A stretch of DNA of 48,257 nucleotides, counting the filler, from Sphacelaria rigidula (Eukaryota), in NCBI GenBank assembly GCA_964200075.2. It is 2 parts of 2 records of this genome, joined end to end, with 100 filler letters (N's around TTAATTAATTAA, not from the genome) between each part and the next. Parts side by side here need not be neighbours in the genome. Positions count along the whole stretch, not along the records: positions 24,188 to 48,257 come from CAXNAA020000228.1; 1 more part is not named here. One strand, 5' to 3'. Both the position numbers and the translations under genes were made by a program. The notes under the pieces were generated by a model. The model was not told where the DNA came from, searched no databases, and was given only the letters and a program-made list of their open reading frames with translations. Shown one piece after another: positions 38,601 through 48,257 of the stretch; positions within the stretch are counted from its first letter, which is position 1, and each line of letters begins with the position of its first letter.

Positions 38601-41600
38601 GGCGCAACTGCTGCGGAACATGTACAGTACGTGTCATCAAAAATCCGAAAGCGACTGTGAATACCATCAATGTCGATCTACGGGTGTACCAATCGATGTC
38701 TCACCTTCGTAGATATTGTGTGACTTTCATCGAATATGACCTGGCTCAAGCAAGAGCATCAGAGCACAGCAGGCAACGACAAACAGGCGCAGGCGTGCGC
38801 CTTGAGTTCTCTTGTTGCTACAGTCGCAAAGTTTGCGATGCTGCATACTGCGAACTATCTCTGCTTCATGCTTGTTGGTTATACTTGAGGCTGTATGCCA
38901 CCCAGTGCACCAGATGGGTTGCTCACGATAGAAGACACTCGTGTAGACATGACGCTGACTATATTATGAACGGAGGCAAACTTCAAGTCGTCGAGTAAGG
39001 GCGGAAAAGACGACAGATGAATCCGTTGCAAACCTCGCAGTGGGACTGAGACATCATGGCGGGTGAGCTTACCGCTTTCCAGTCGTCCTTGCCTATGCTC
39101 TCGGACAGCATCCTCAGCATAAAGTACGACACGATCGTTACGCGAGGCCATAAGTGCCTGAACGATGCATGCGGACCGGGTAATGATGACGACAGGCCTA
39201 TGAAACAGGGTACATAATTACATGGCAGTGGGTAGGGTACGATAACCACTCATGTAGCCAACCCCACATTGAACCAACTACAATGAAACAGGAGGTACGA
39301 CGACAAACTGCACTTTGCACTTTTAGAGCAGCCACCACCCCGACATTAGAACATCTTTACGACGTTGACTTGCCATATTCCATGACAACTATCATCGTGA
39401 CTTGCAACAAGTGTAACCATCAGGAAGAATTTGGTTCGGAACTGGTCCAAGAAATGACCCAATGGTGTCGCGATATGTCACGCCCGTCTGGCGTGACGTT
39501 GTTGAGGTCACCAAAATAGAAAAAAACTGTCCTTTCGGTATCGTGGACTGCGGGAACAGCCAACACGAATCGCACTTTGGGAAAGCGTTACAAAGCTAGG
39601 AATAACGCAGCCAAGTTGGACAGTTCTGCTCAAGCATATTGCACTCGTTTGAGTCACCTGTCCAGGCCCTTTAGGTAGAGCTTGTCCTTATTGCCCCGGA
39701 TGAGGTGCAAGTCTTCGGGCGCAAGAAACGGGTACCATCGTTCCACCTCCTCCGCCCACCTACGTGTATCCGCATGCAATGTTCGACCGCAACGGTCTGC
39801 TCGTCAATAGCCAATAACGCCGGTGAATTCTTGTGAGGCCACAAACATTACACATGAACTCCTCCAGCAGGTAATCGGTCCCTCCAGCAGTACCCGCACC
39901 CACAGTCGAAATATTTCCGACAATCGTAGGCAGATTTACTGCCAGCATCGCGGACAGAAGGGCACCACAGACTCTTCGCAAAACCAACCGACCATACCTT
40001 CAGAAGTCACCATGAAATATGAAGCCACTCAAGGGTGGCCCTTCACAACAGGCAACTTCCAGTAGTCCCGACTCTAGTCGTTGACTTGACTCACATGAGG
40101 CGCATGCTTGCAGGGGCCACAATGAGTAAAGGCCAGTCGCTCTTGTAGCATGCCATCACAGCCAACGCCTGCAACGTCTGTCACAATTCATCACAGCAAA
40201 GGAGCGACAGACGGCACGACCGGTGATGGCACCGCTTGTTGCTTTCCCTGGTCGGTCTCATTTTACCACACGTTCTTTCCATCCGGTCATACGACTATCA
40301 TAGTAGAGTACCACGGTTCTCACCGACCCCGTTTATGATGCATCTTGATATCGTGGCGTGTGACTGTGTACCGTTCCATGGCGAATTCCACAAAAAATCG
40401 AAACAAGCACATTGCATTCGTCATAGCCATCGACAATGAGTGGACGCTCCCACTTTCCAACACACTCGACAATGTCAAACCATTGCAACAAGCACCAAAC
40501 GATCTCTGGGGGGTGCTCGGGAACGCCACGGAAACACCAGATGCTACAGGCAGTCAGCGCATTTGTAACACTTGAGTAGAAGATAAACGTTCACGATTTC
40601 GAAGCACGGCCGCCGCACTCGTGATAGCTTGCATGGACGCACAGCGCCGTGCAACCTGCGCACGTAGCATCAAATAAATGCCTAGCGAATTCTTCACACA
40701 GCACAGCACACTCAACACGTGTACACACCTTTCCAGTGCCCATCTCGTCCGCAATGAGCAACCGTCCTCTTCTCCTCAAGCCGTACATGACACCCTCCCG
40801 CTGGAACGGCAGCAACGTGTCCCTCAGACCCGCCGGTAGCGTGTACACCAGACTTTCGCAATGGGTGATCGGTTCTAAACGTCGCGCGTGCCGGGGAGCA
40901 GCTTTTTGGATACCCATGGAGCCGTTCCCTGCGGCCGTGCCTACAGCGACTCCCGCCTCGGAGGCTGCCAGGCGCGAGTAGGTGGTTTGAGGAATGTCGC
41001 GGTAAGGTACCATCTCCTGCAAACCAAAAAACCACAAGCACGATCAAACTGCAGATAAAAAAACAGCCACCGCCATCACGAGTCGTTTGATTTCCGCTGA
41101 AAGATGGCGACTGCCGCGCTGTTTCATAGCGTCAGCAGCCTAGTTTGGCACATCCATGTCCTGCAATGCATGCGTAGTTGCGCAGCTACTGACAATTTTT
41201 TGAGGGATTGCGTTGCGCTCCCTGTCTTAGCTGTGACATCACACGGGCGGTACTGCATGCCGTTTGAATGCGGTATATATAGCATGCTTCGCAAACAACA
41301 GCCCACGAAGTCTCCTTCCGGCAACAACACACCGACTTAGCAAGTCGTCGGACAAATTCCCGTTTGCTGAGGTCCAGCACAGCCTTCAAACTGGCTCCTC
41401 TATCGCCGGTCTGCCTCGTATCCGGCACGATGCCATTCCTACGGAGCAAATCCCAAGTCCGTCGCGCTGCTGCACCACCTTCTCGGTGCCCGCCCCGTAC
41501 AGTTACGGCGAGATGACACCTACGCATTATTTAAACAGTGTTGTGCAGCACAAAGAGGCCATTGAAACAACGCTAGAGTAGGTGATTCGATCACCCTCCG

Positions 41601-42472
41601 TTAAGCGCGCCGCCGGCAACTACAACCGTCGGCTTGTCGTTCGGGATGACCTTGCCATAATGGGCAAAATTTTGCCACGATTGACTTAAAACTTGAGATA
41701 CCATCCTTGGATAAGAAGAAAGAACGAGCACCGAGTAACTGCATGGACCGGGAGTTTCAGCCCCGGCAGAGCAGGCCACGACAACGACCTTCATGTGAAA
41801 CAGATCGGATGGAGACTTCCTGTACCTCGGCGAACGTTTCAGACACTCTACCCTCTACCTTGAGATGCCACCAGCATGTTCATCATCATCCGCTGGCATA
41901 TGCGCGGGGCTAGCGCCGTCCGACTGGGCGGCACGCGGGGTAATCTTCTCCGCGACGAGTTCGATCACAGCCCCATTTTTGCGGCTTGTGCGCTTTGCCT
42001 TACACAGCGGGTGGCCGCTACACGCAAAGAAACTGTGTTGTCAAGAGCGGCGAAACGCCAACACGCACAGGGGACAAGCGCGACGGTAAGCACGGCTCGA
42101 CATTAGACACAACACGAACATGCAAGTCGAGATTAAAACGTACAGCAACGTACATGTCCACATCCGAAACGAATAAAATTGACAGTTCCTTTTTGCCCAC
42201 GGGTATCCATTGAGTTGTGTCAATGGGTGGCGACTTCGCGTCATGAACGTGTAGCGGCCGCACATCCGCTACGTACTCTTCAAGGGATGTCATCTCTCAC
42301 GCCAGGGAAAACCACCGTAGCGTACACAGGCAGCTCTTGAAACTTCCACCTGTTACACGTGCCTGACGCCTCCGAAGTTTTTAGCGATAACCGGTTCGCC
42401 GCATCTCCAGCAAGGGTCCACGGGGTCACCAGCATCATCCTCTCTCTGCCGTGGTTTCAAGTCTTCATCCGG
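24477..42472 (-). CDS. ZRANB3: ZRANB3/SMARCAL1-family SNF2 DNA translocase/annealing helicase (ZRANB3-like); partial at both ends, >=26 exons
   Basis: Phase-consistent exon chain, 4581 nt (~1527 codons). Motifs: LLPFQREGV..GRLLIADEMGTGKT (I), WPLLIVAPASMRLMWAEEVERW (Ia), VIFDESH (II), LLSGTP (III), MIRRLK..V..QLP, KVVVFAHH (IV), RIDG, SITAGGQGLDFTAA (V), QAEDRLHR (VI). C-terminal blocks LLFEVSDNTGRVHVY, CNFRPED, FVKDWREL and LCLFC...RFCSARC recall ZRANB3 and plant SNF2-HNH proteins. Start exon unresolved; 3' part lost at the contig join. Confidence 0.9.
25122..25997. mobile_element. Non-autonomous hAT-type element (MITE), 876 bp
   Basis: Perfect 16-bp TIR TAGAGTTGTGAACTGG/CCAGTTCACAACTCTA; perfect 8-bp TSD GTTCCATG (25114-21, 25998-26005); many subterminal AACTGG/CCAGTT motifs. 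Confidence 0.92.
26199..26276 (-). CDS. ZRANB3-like exon KCSYSLRYGW...LMDTK
   Basis: CAG|AAA ... AAG|GTAACG; 78 nt. The reading frame is somewhat ambiguous. Confidence 0.55.
26486..26582 (-). CDS. ZRANB3-like exon SSSVPGPVPSTVGHEGLFPKFQAVCSPGGTAA
   Basis: Phase 2 to 0; alternative donor at 26513; the acceptor lies within a TIR. Confidence 0.5.
26579..27190. mobile_element. Tc1/mariner-like MITE (~612 bp)
   Basis: 15-bp perfect inverted match ACGAGCTGGGCCAGC (26578-92)/GCTGGCCCAGCTCGT (27177-91); TA on the right flank, GA on the left; internal (TTA)n; same right end as the element at 1-555. Confidence 0.65.
27429..27556 (-). CDS. ZRANB3-like exon VAGEFVKDWRELPARKRPLLKGRP...
   Basis: CAG|GTG ... 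AG|GTGAGC; 128 nt. Confidence 0.8.
28104..28166 (-). CDS. ZRANB3-like exon ALTRDALRTLPEILRSAPALS
   Basis: TTTGCAG|GCG ... TCG|GTGAGA; 63 nt. Confidence 0.65.
28597..28681 (-). CDS. ZRANB3-like exon CNFRPEDLDRLFEVARSW...
   Basis: CAG|G TGC; donor at 28597 or 28603. Confidence 0.75.
28981..30601 (-). CDS. ZRANB3-like long low-complexity exon (~540 aa)
   Basis: Inside ORF 28932..30716; donor AG|GTTCGT; acceptor at 30601 (alternative 30688). Confidence 0.8.
30820..30992 (-). CDS. ZRANB3-like acidic exon NNHTFEQDSDHASDDDEG...
   Basis: TTAG|G AAC ... T|GTCAGT; phase 2 to 1. Confidence 0.7.
31472..31594 (-). CDS. ZRANB3-like exon KLTAQSSVVNG...KHFCG
   Basis: GCAG|G ... GG|GTGAGT. Confidence 0.85.
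32020..32096 (-). CDS. ZRANB3-like exon VKSVNVYFTVLPPGSHDDMRWLHLS
   Basis: GCAG|GTA ... GA|GTGAGT. Confidence 0.85.
32965..33142 (-). CDS. ZRANB3-like exon, helicase motifs V-VI
   Basis: SITAGGQGLDFTAASNVVFVELPESPAWLRQAEDRLHRRRQ; ACAG|G ... CAG|GTATTA. Confidence 0.93.
33587..33714 (-). CDS. ZRANB3-like exon ...GCLRIDGEVPTALR
   Basis: AACAG|TCG ... AG|GTATGA. Confidence 0.88.
34237..34347 (-). CDS. ZRANB3-like exon, motif IV (KVVVFAHH)
   Basis: AAG|GTG ... GAG|GTGAGT; 111 nt. Confidence 0.9.
35039..35172 (-). CDS. ZRANB3-like exon ...LMSDDQQAGLKK
   Basis: CCAG|GC ... AAG|GTGGGG. Confidence 0.75.
35665..35723 (-). CDS. ZRANB3-like exon RIVVRVAEHSENLKRALEE
   Basis: CCAG|G CGG; phase-1 donor G|GTGCGG chosen to match the next exon. 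Confidence 0.7.
36278..36427 (-). CDS. ZRANB3-like exon ...ELNLLLTNEVMIRRLKANVVDQLPPL
   Basis: TCAG|G ... AG|GTGATT. Confidence 0.9.
36499..36524. repeat. (GT)n microsatellite
   Basis: About 13 GT units, intronic. Confidence 0.9.
37839..37927 (-). CDS. ZRANB3-like exon VEALSPGLLG...KYDFASNYC
   Basis: GCAG|GTC ... AG|GTGGGG. Confidence 0.9.
38259..38384 (-). CDS. ZRANB3-like exon, motif III (LLSGTPSLSKPFDLFNQ)
   Basis: TTGCAG|CTG ... CAG|GTCAGA. Confidence 0.92.
38705..38740 (-). CDS. ZRANB3-like 36-nt micro-exon, motif II (VIFDESHTISTK)
   Basis: CCAG|GTC ... AAG|GTGAGA. Confidence 0.9.
39073..39157 (-). CDS. ZRANB3-like exon HLWPRVTIVSYFML...DWKA
   Basis: TCAG|G ... GCG|GTAAGC. Confidence 0.9.
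39658..39759 (-). CDS. ZRANB3-like exon WAEEVERWYPFL...
   Basis: GTAG|G TGG ... AG|GTGACT. Confidence 0.92.
40095..40177 (-). CDS. ZRANB3-like exon TLQALAV...WPLLIVAPASMRL
   Basis: ACAG|ACG ... AT|GTGAGT. Confidence 0.92.
40729..41016 (-). CDS. ZRANB3-like exon, Q-motif and Walker A (LLPFQREG...DEMGTGK)
   Basis: TTGCAG|GAG ... AAG|GTGTGT; 288 nt. Confidence 0.93.
41333..41519 (-). CDS. ZRANB3-like N-terminal exon CHLAVTV...FVRRLAKS
   Basis: GTAG|G TGT ... TCG|GTGTGT; phase 2 to 0. Confidence 0.7.
41859..42032 (-). CDS. ZRANB3-like exon FFACSGHPLCKAKR... (second half of zinc ribbon)
   Basis: ACAG|T TTC ... AG|GTAGAG. Confidence 0.75.
42357..42472 (-). CDS. ZRANB3-like exon ...DPCWRCGEPVIAKNFGGVRH (first half of zinc ribbon)
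   Basis: GACAG|CCG ... GT|GTAACA; phase 2 matches the next exon. Confidence 0.7.
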
Positions 42473-43596
42473 CTGTCAAACATCCAGATCGTCCGCGTGT
42501 TTGATGTTCCACACGTCCCGCAGAACAGATAAATGTAAGCGTGTTGTTGCCGTTTGCTCCGAAACACACATCGTACTACATCAATCAATGTCACGGACGT
42601 GTCCGAAGTCGTACCGAAGAGATAGGAATGCGATGTGATACGGCGCACGCGCAGGAGTGAAATGCCGAGACTTGGGGTTTGCTTCGCAGCGAATACCTGG
42701 GAAACATCTTCGCAACACACGTTATTTCTTTCAAATATTGGCGGTACACGGAGAAAGCAAGCGGTACTTGAGGAGAGCACCAACGTCGGAGTCAGGTCGC
42801 CCCTACTGGGGCATCAATGCGTTGAGTGTAGAGATCGTAATGATACTCTGATTCACAAGCGACAACCCATCGCGTCTGGCCCATAATGAGCGGGTGTAAC
42901 GCAGAATAAACGGTGCGAAAACTGTCCGCTCACGGAATTGAAAAAAAAACCCGGTAGTTCTTTGCTGCAATTACTAGAGTATTGCTGACAGTTTCGAATA
43001 TTACGTTCAGGTCCAAGGCGCTAATTCCCATACCCCTAGCCCCACGTAAGCACTAGAGGCAAACTGACCTCCACCTCCAACAATCATAGCTCACTGCTCG
43101 GTACATTACCTGTTGGCGGTTCTTGCGTGCGGGACATCAAGAAGAAACCAGTTTTACGTCTACAAAGGTAAACGATTTGTGTCACTCCCTAAACGCAGCA
43201 CCGTGAAGGAGAACTTCTCTCATCGACGGTAAAAAGTCCTATTTAGGCGTTGAGATCGCACCCAGCCTGTCAGAAAAAACGAACCAATCACGATCCTCCC
43301 ACCAACGCACATGATGTCGGGAAGGACACGCGATTTGTCGTATACCGCTCAAACGTTATCCCCCGAAGTTGCCGTTACAACGGTTGTTCCGCGTCAGGTA
43401 TATTCGTGTATAATAGGCCACGACCAGCGGCATCACCGCATCAGGACAGTAAAATTTCAAAAGCACAGTGCACTTTCAGTAGTACTGTGGACTAGTCGTG
43501 ATCGCGCCAAACGCAGTACCGTAGAACGTGTGTGTGGTTCACACGCACAGCTGTTTCTGAACAACGGAGCGGTGTGACATTTTTTTTAGGCACGCG

Positions 43597-43633
<37 letters not shown>

Positions 43634-44265
43634 GGGTGGTGGTTGTATTTTGTGTCTGAGGGGTGTGGACATCACCACCCCCCCACCCCCCCCAACACNN
43701 NNNNNNNNGTGGGTGAGTAGGCGGGGGCGGTTGTGGGGGGGGGGTGGGGGGGGGGGGGGGGGCGTGGCGGCTCGTTTGCGGGTGTGGTTGGGTAGTGTTG
43801 TGATTTCGTGTCTGAAGTGTGAGGGAATACCCCCGACCCGACCCCACAGCCAATTGAGCAGGACCATACAGCAAGTTGACCTAGACACACACAAGCGCCG
43901 CGCGTTCTACTGGCTGGTAATGCAGAAATCGACCCACATCATCAGAATGAACCACCCACACACTCAAGACCGCACAGTCCATGTACGCCATAAGTCACAG
44001 TCAGTACAATAGCAGTGCAATACAGTGATATCAGAGCGCAGCGCAGCACAGGAGCACACCACACCGCACGGTAGAGTCATATATTCATCTGCACCCAACC
44101 CTGTCACCGATAGGCGAATCTCTCAATGGGGGAGCAACGACGAGTCTTCGGGGATGATGGCCAACAACGAGCGGACAGTGCAGTGCAGATGAAGCAATAA
44201 AGTACCGTACATTTACGGAGAGACGTGCCAGCCTAACCATGTGCGCATCACTTTGTGTGCAGCAG

Positions 44266-44965
44266 GGCATCATCAGCAGCATCGGCGATGTCACCCGTGA
44301 GGTCCACAGCAGCATCAGCCAGGACTGAGCGTGCTTCTACAAGTACAGCAGAGCGGTATACAGCAACCGGTACATCGCCCTGGCCACCAGGGTTCGTCTC
44401 CTGAAGGGCGCAGTGATCGAGGTCATGCTTTACGGCTGTGCGACCTGGACGATCACGCCCAGAAGTTCGGCGCGTTGCGGGATGCCCACCGCGGGTTCCT
44501 GCTGAGGTGCCTCAACACGCCTACTTCAAACCGCAGCGCTCTCGACTACCGCAGCTGCAACACCGCGAGGTCCTCGAAAGAAACTGGCTCCATGTGCATT
44601 GAGGCTACCCTGATGAGGCGAACCCTCCTACAGTACACGCCGGCCACAGCGTGCGCATGCACGACGAGCGCCTCCCCAACATCATCATCATGCGTGGACT
44701 AATGGTCGGAGGGAAGACGACGGCAGGCCGACCGACCAGCGAGACGCCTGCAACGCAGTGTCATGGAGTACTGCCCCGACTCCGGGATAGACGCGACATC
44801 GTGGATGCAGGATGCCCAATATGTTTCCGAATGGTACCGGATCATGGAGGAGGGAGCTAAGATGAACATGACAATCTGAACCAAAGCGCGCCACGCCGAG
44901 GATTTGTTTGCTGTGCTACCGCTAGAGTTCCTGCAGTGCCTATCGAAGACCACCAAAACATAACG
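44266..44965 (+). mobile_element. Degenerate 3' fragment of an RTE-type non-LTR retrotransposon ORF
   Basis: With frameshifts and stops it reads GIISSIGDVTREV...ACFYKYSRAVYSNRYIALATRVRLLKGAVIEVMLYGCATWT...LRDAHRGFLLRCL...IEATLMRRTLL...AGHSVRMHDERLP...GRP, the post-RT region typical of RTE-clade LINEs. Confidence 0.8.
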
Positions 44966-45210
44966 AGTAGATTGTCGCGTAGTACACTCGCTAGTGTGTC
45001 TGCCGTCTCCTCATTATAACAACTTTATTATTTTGCTATGAGATTAGCTGGGATTGTTTGATCCTCGCTTGATATACATTATGCTCGTCCGCACATCGCT
45101 TTCCTGTACGCAGGTGTGACAGTTATGACACCTGACAGCGCAGCATTTCCCCGCACCCCGACGCACCAGGTGGCAGTATTCCATTCTTCAGTTTCTCTGT
45201 CATGTACCGT

Positions 45211-45887
45211 ATCCCGTGTTTTTTGCTGGGAATTTGCGCTTTCGCCATTGAATTTCACAGAATTTCACACTTCCTGTCACTCCGGCACCACTGACTACTT
45301 TACCTCCCTCTCGTTCGTTTTGTCTCAGGGTACCCGTCACTCTGACACGAGTGGCTTCGCTACCCGTTTGCCTCTCCTTCGTGCTAGTGACCATCACTAT
45401 TCACCGGTGGGTCTCACGCTTCTCGGAATTTCGCGCAACATGTTACCCCGGCACTTCTCGGATTTTTTACTTGAAAGAGGCCTGAAAATGACGCCGATTA
45501 ATCAAGAGGCGGTCGGTCGCGTCTCTATGATAAATCCCATCTCCTGTTTTTTTCCCCGAGCATTTGCGCTTTCGTAACGGAATTTTATTCGTTCGGAATT
45601 GCACACTTTCTGTCACTTCGGCACCATTGACTACGCGACCTCTCTTTGTTTGTATTCTCAGGGAACCCGTCACTGCGGGAACCCGTCACTCTGAGACGAG
45701 CGACTTCGCTAGCTGTTTGCCTCCAGCCACATTCCGAGCCGTTTTGACCACCTTTGGCGCAAGTGCGCACGTTTGGCGCCACTGTTTACCGGTGAACCTC
45801 ACGTTTCCCTTCTCAGGATTTAGCGCAACCTGTTAGCCCCGCACCTCTCGGAATTTTTACTTGAAAGTGGTCTGAAAATGATGCCGG
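45211..45887. repeat. Diverged tandem duplication (two ~290-350 bp units)
   Basis: ATTTGCGCTTTCG...CTGTCACT.CGGCACCA.TGACTAC...ACCCGTCACTCTGA.ACGAG...TTTTTACTTGAAAG.GG.CTGAAAATGA occurs twice. Confidence 0.8.
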
Positions 45888-45954
45888 CAAAGGTCTCAAT
45901 TTCGTCTTCAGCCCCTCTCTCCATAATATCGGAATCATTGATTGACACAACTAC

Positions 45955-46600
45955 CCTCTAACCCTGACCTCAACCGTAACGCGACGAAGACTGATCGTGA
46001 ATATGTCACACCTTGGACAATATATAGCCAACAGATGCAATAGACAAGATATGTAATAGTCGCAATAGGCCTATACTCTATGCAGCACACTTCTCGTCTA
46101 TTGCATCTATTGACCATATATTGTCGAGGGTGTGGAATATTCAGGCATCGAGGGTGTTCTATGGCTCTCGTAGTCACAGAGTGCTTTGTCCAACGGCACT
46201 GACCCAAACTCGTCGACCGCCGGATGTGACAATCTGTAGAATCGGCTCCATTTTCAGGCCATTTACGGATGAAAATGATGCCAATCTCACAAACGAATTG
46301 ATGCCGTTAAGAAATGGACACCTCCGGCGGTCAAAGGCTTCATTTCGTTATCAGTCCTTTTCTTCACAATAAAAGCATATTTCATTGACTAACCCAACTG
46401 CACTTGAGCACTAACCCCGGCCGTAACCCGAGAAAGGCAGACATCGAACACTCGGGCAGCAAGGGTGTTCTATGGCTCCGTAGGCACAGAGTGCTTTGTC
46501 CTACGGCGCAGCAACAAACCCTCCGACCCGCCGGCGTTCATTTACTTGTGAAACCAACATTATTTTCAGGCCCTTTTCAAGTCATGACGATACCGATTCC
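45955..46600. repeat. Diverged tandem duplication (second family)
   Basis: AGGGTGTTCTATGGCTC..GTAG.CACAGAGTGCTTTGTCC.ACGGC...TTTTCAGGCC at ~46151 and ~46462. Confidence 0.75.
45998..46143. mobile_element. 146-bp hairpin MITE
   Basis: ~50-bp imperfect TIRs: TGAATAT.TCACACCTTGGACAATATATAGCCAACAGATGCAATAGACAAGA and its reverse complement at 46092-46143. Confidence 0.75.
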
Positions 46601-46766
46601 ATAAATGTACATCTCCGGTGCCCAAGGGGTTCACAAGAAGCTGGTGGTCTGGCGGAGTATGTGTCGTTGAGCACAATGACAGTGAATTCTCCTGTGATCT
46701 TCGGTGATGCACGGGATCGGTACAGATCACATTGTCTTTTGTGAGGTAACGTGATGCCGGTTTGCG

Positions 46767-47525
46767 TCAACCCCTTAGTCGCGAGGGTATCCCATCTGGA
46801 TCATACATAATTTCTTCAGGTGGAATTGATGCCTATTCGACAGATGACCTAATCTCCCCGTCAAAGGATAATAACCGTTAGGCCGCGAGGGGTAGTCCAT
46901 CTTGATCATGCATACTTTTTCCAAGTGAAATTGATGCCGATTGAACAGATTAACTTCTCTCGCCGTCAATGCATGATCCAGGTGGACTACCCTCGCAGCC
47001 AAACAGTTAACTCTTTGACCGCGAGCGTAAGCGATCCGTTGAATCGGCACCATCCATCTCATTTTTGAGGTGTAAATGATGTCGATTCTATAGATGGCCT
47101 ACCCTCGCCGTCAAAGGGTTCTTGACTTCCGTCGTCGGATAGCCGTCGTCGGAAGTGCGCGACCAGTGCATGTTGACAACGATTCCTTCTGCACATCATT
47201 TCAGTCGCCTCGTTGCTGTCCCGCTGTGTACGCCTGTACATGACTTGGGAAATACTACCGTCGCGGTCAAACTGTTAACCCTTTGACGGCGAGAGTAAGG
47301 TCATCTATTGAATCGGCATCAATTTCACTGGGAAAAGTATGCTTGATTCCGATGACCTACCCTCGCAGTCAAACGGTTAATTCTTTGACCGCTAGCGTAG
47401 TCGATCCGTTGAATCGGCGCCAATCACGGTATTTTGGAGGTGTACATGATGCCGATTCAATAGATGGCCTACCCTGGCGGTCTAGGGGTTGGCCCTTTGA
47501 CCGCCAGGGTAGGCCATCTGGACCA
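46767..47525. mobile_element. Tandem array of ~105-115 bp TTAA-bounded, self-complementary piggyBac-like MITE units
   Basis: Consensus TTAA-CCCTTTGAC.GCGAGGGTAGG.CATCT.TTGAATCGGCATCA...TGATGCCGATTCAA.AGATG.CCTACCCTCGC.GTCAAAGGG-TTAA; units at 47007-47120, 47275-47380 and 47377-47492, with more diverged units at 46767-46970. Confidence 0.65.
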
Positions 47526-48257
47526 TTGACGACTCAACAGATGAACTATTATATATGGTGGCGGTCAAAGAGTCAGATTATTTCGTATCACTAACACGAC
47601 ACATGCACCAGCACAATATATTCACATATCTATATCTGAGCGCACCGAGCAACCCTTGGCCACTGCGCAGGAGTCGTACAGTAAGATGGAGCAGACACGG
47701 GCACAGTACTACAGGACCACACAGGTGCAAGCAGTGTAGTGGTGGACTATGTTCAAACATCCGACTGCCGAAGAATGAAATCTGTCGCGTTGAACACAAT
47801 TCTGTAAACCACCAGTCGTTTTCTGCGTCACTAAGGGCGAAAACATCTAAAAATACCCGGCAGCAGCTGTGATTTGGTGCAAAACACATGGGGCATACCT
47901 TTCAATATATGTACGACGAGTTCAGCAACGAACCAAAGCTTGAACGGAATCGTTCAATCCTTTGACCGCGAGGGTACATCATCTGGCTAAAACATGTTCG
48001 CGAGATTAGGAATGGATTTTGTTCTCGCCACGGGAAATTTTTCGTTAGTCATAACGAGGCGGTCTAATGGCCCGAAGCGGCCGTAACCGCCCTGGAGGCC
48101 CGTGATCGGACGGGAATCCAGCTCACACAGATTCCAAATCGATGACGCCTTCCATGAGATACAGCTGAAACGCGCTTTTTTTTTCTTCCTCAACCCTTTT
48201 GGGACTGGGCCTCCAGAACGACCAACGAGGCTAGTTAGGAATGACGTGTCCTGCATA

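Noticed and set aside
42361..42364. Non-canonical GC-AG intron (AG|GCACGT)
   Set aside because: A canonical in-phase GT donor exists 6 nt downstream; cannot be distinguished without RNA data.
43069..43137. First exon candidates (MIVGGG or MSRTQEPPT)
   Set aside because: Both end in phase 1 while the next identified exon starts in phase 0; the start remains unresolved.
44608..44625. Second hammerhead (CTGATGAGGCGAA)
   Set aside because: No stem II, GAAA or stem III; part of the LINE coding relic.
45955..45982. Telomeric (CCCTAA) repeat
   Set aside because: Only a few degenerate units inside a dispersed repeat.

Overview
Eukaryotic, intron-rich genomic DNA. The GC-rich short exons, GT(G/A)-AG introns and repeat content resemble brown algal/stramenopile genomes (inference). 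The window is two contigs joined by an artificial 100-nt spacer (N44-TTAATTAATTAA-N44, 24088-24187). The left contig holds a 4-exon plus-strand gene (3696-19844) for a 168-aa protein with an N-terminal MGQVVALC acylation signal and two tandem SH3-like repeats, spread over 16 kb of repeat-filled introns. Those introns and flanks contain tRNA-derived SINE copies, foldback MITE-like elements and a degenerate hammerhead-ribozyme-like motif. The right contig holds a minus-strand gene of at least 26 exons (24477-42472, ~1527 codons reconstructed by hand) for a ZRANB3/SMARCAL1-family SNF2 translocase. It carries an N-terminal topoisomerase-type C4 zinc ribbon and PIP-, SIM- and MIU-like motifs, and is cut off at the contig join before the expected HNH nuclease core. 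Its introns contain a hAT-type MITE with a perfect 8-bp TSD and a TIR element whose end appears to supply a splice acceptor. Upstream lie an RTE-type LINE remnant, tandem duplications and an array of TTAA-bounded piggyBac-like hairpin units. All gene models were built manually from splice signals, phase consistency and remembered family motifs; no database search was run.
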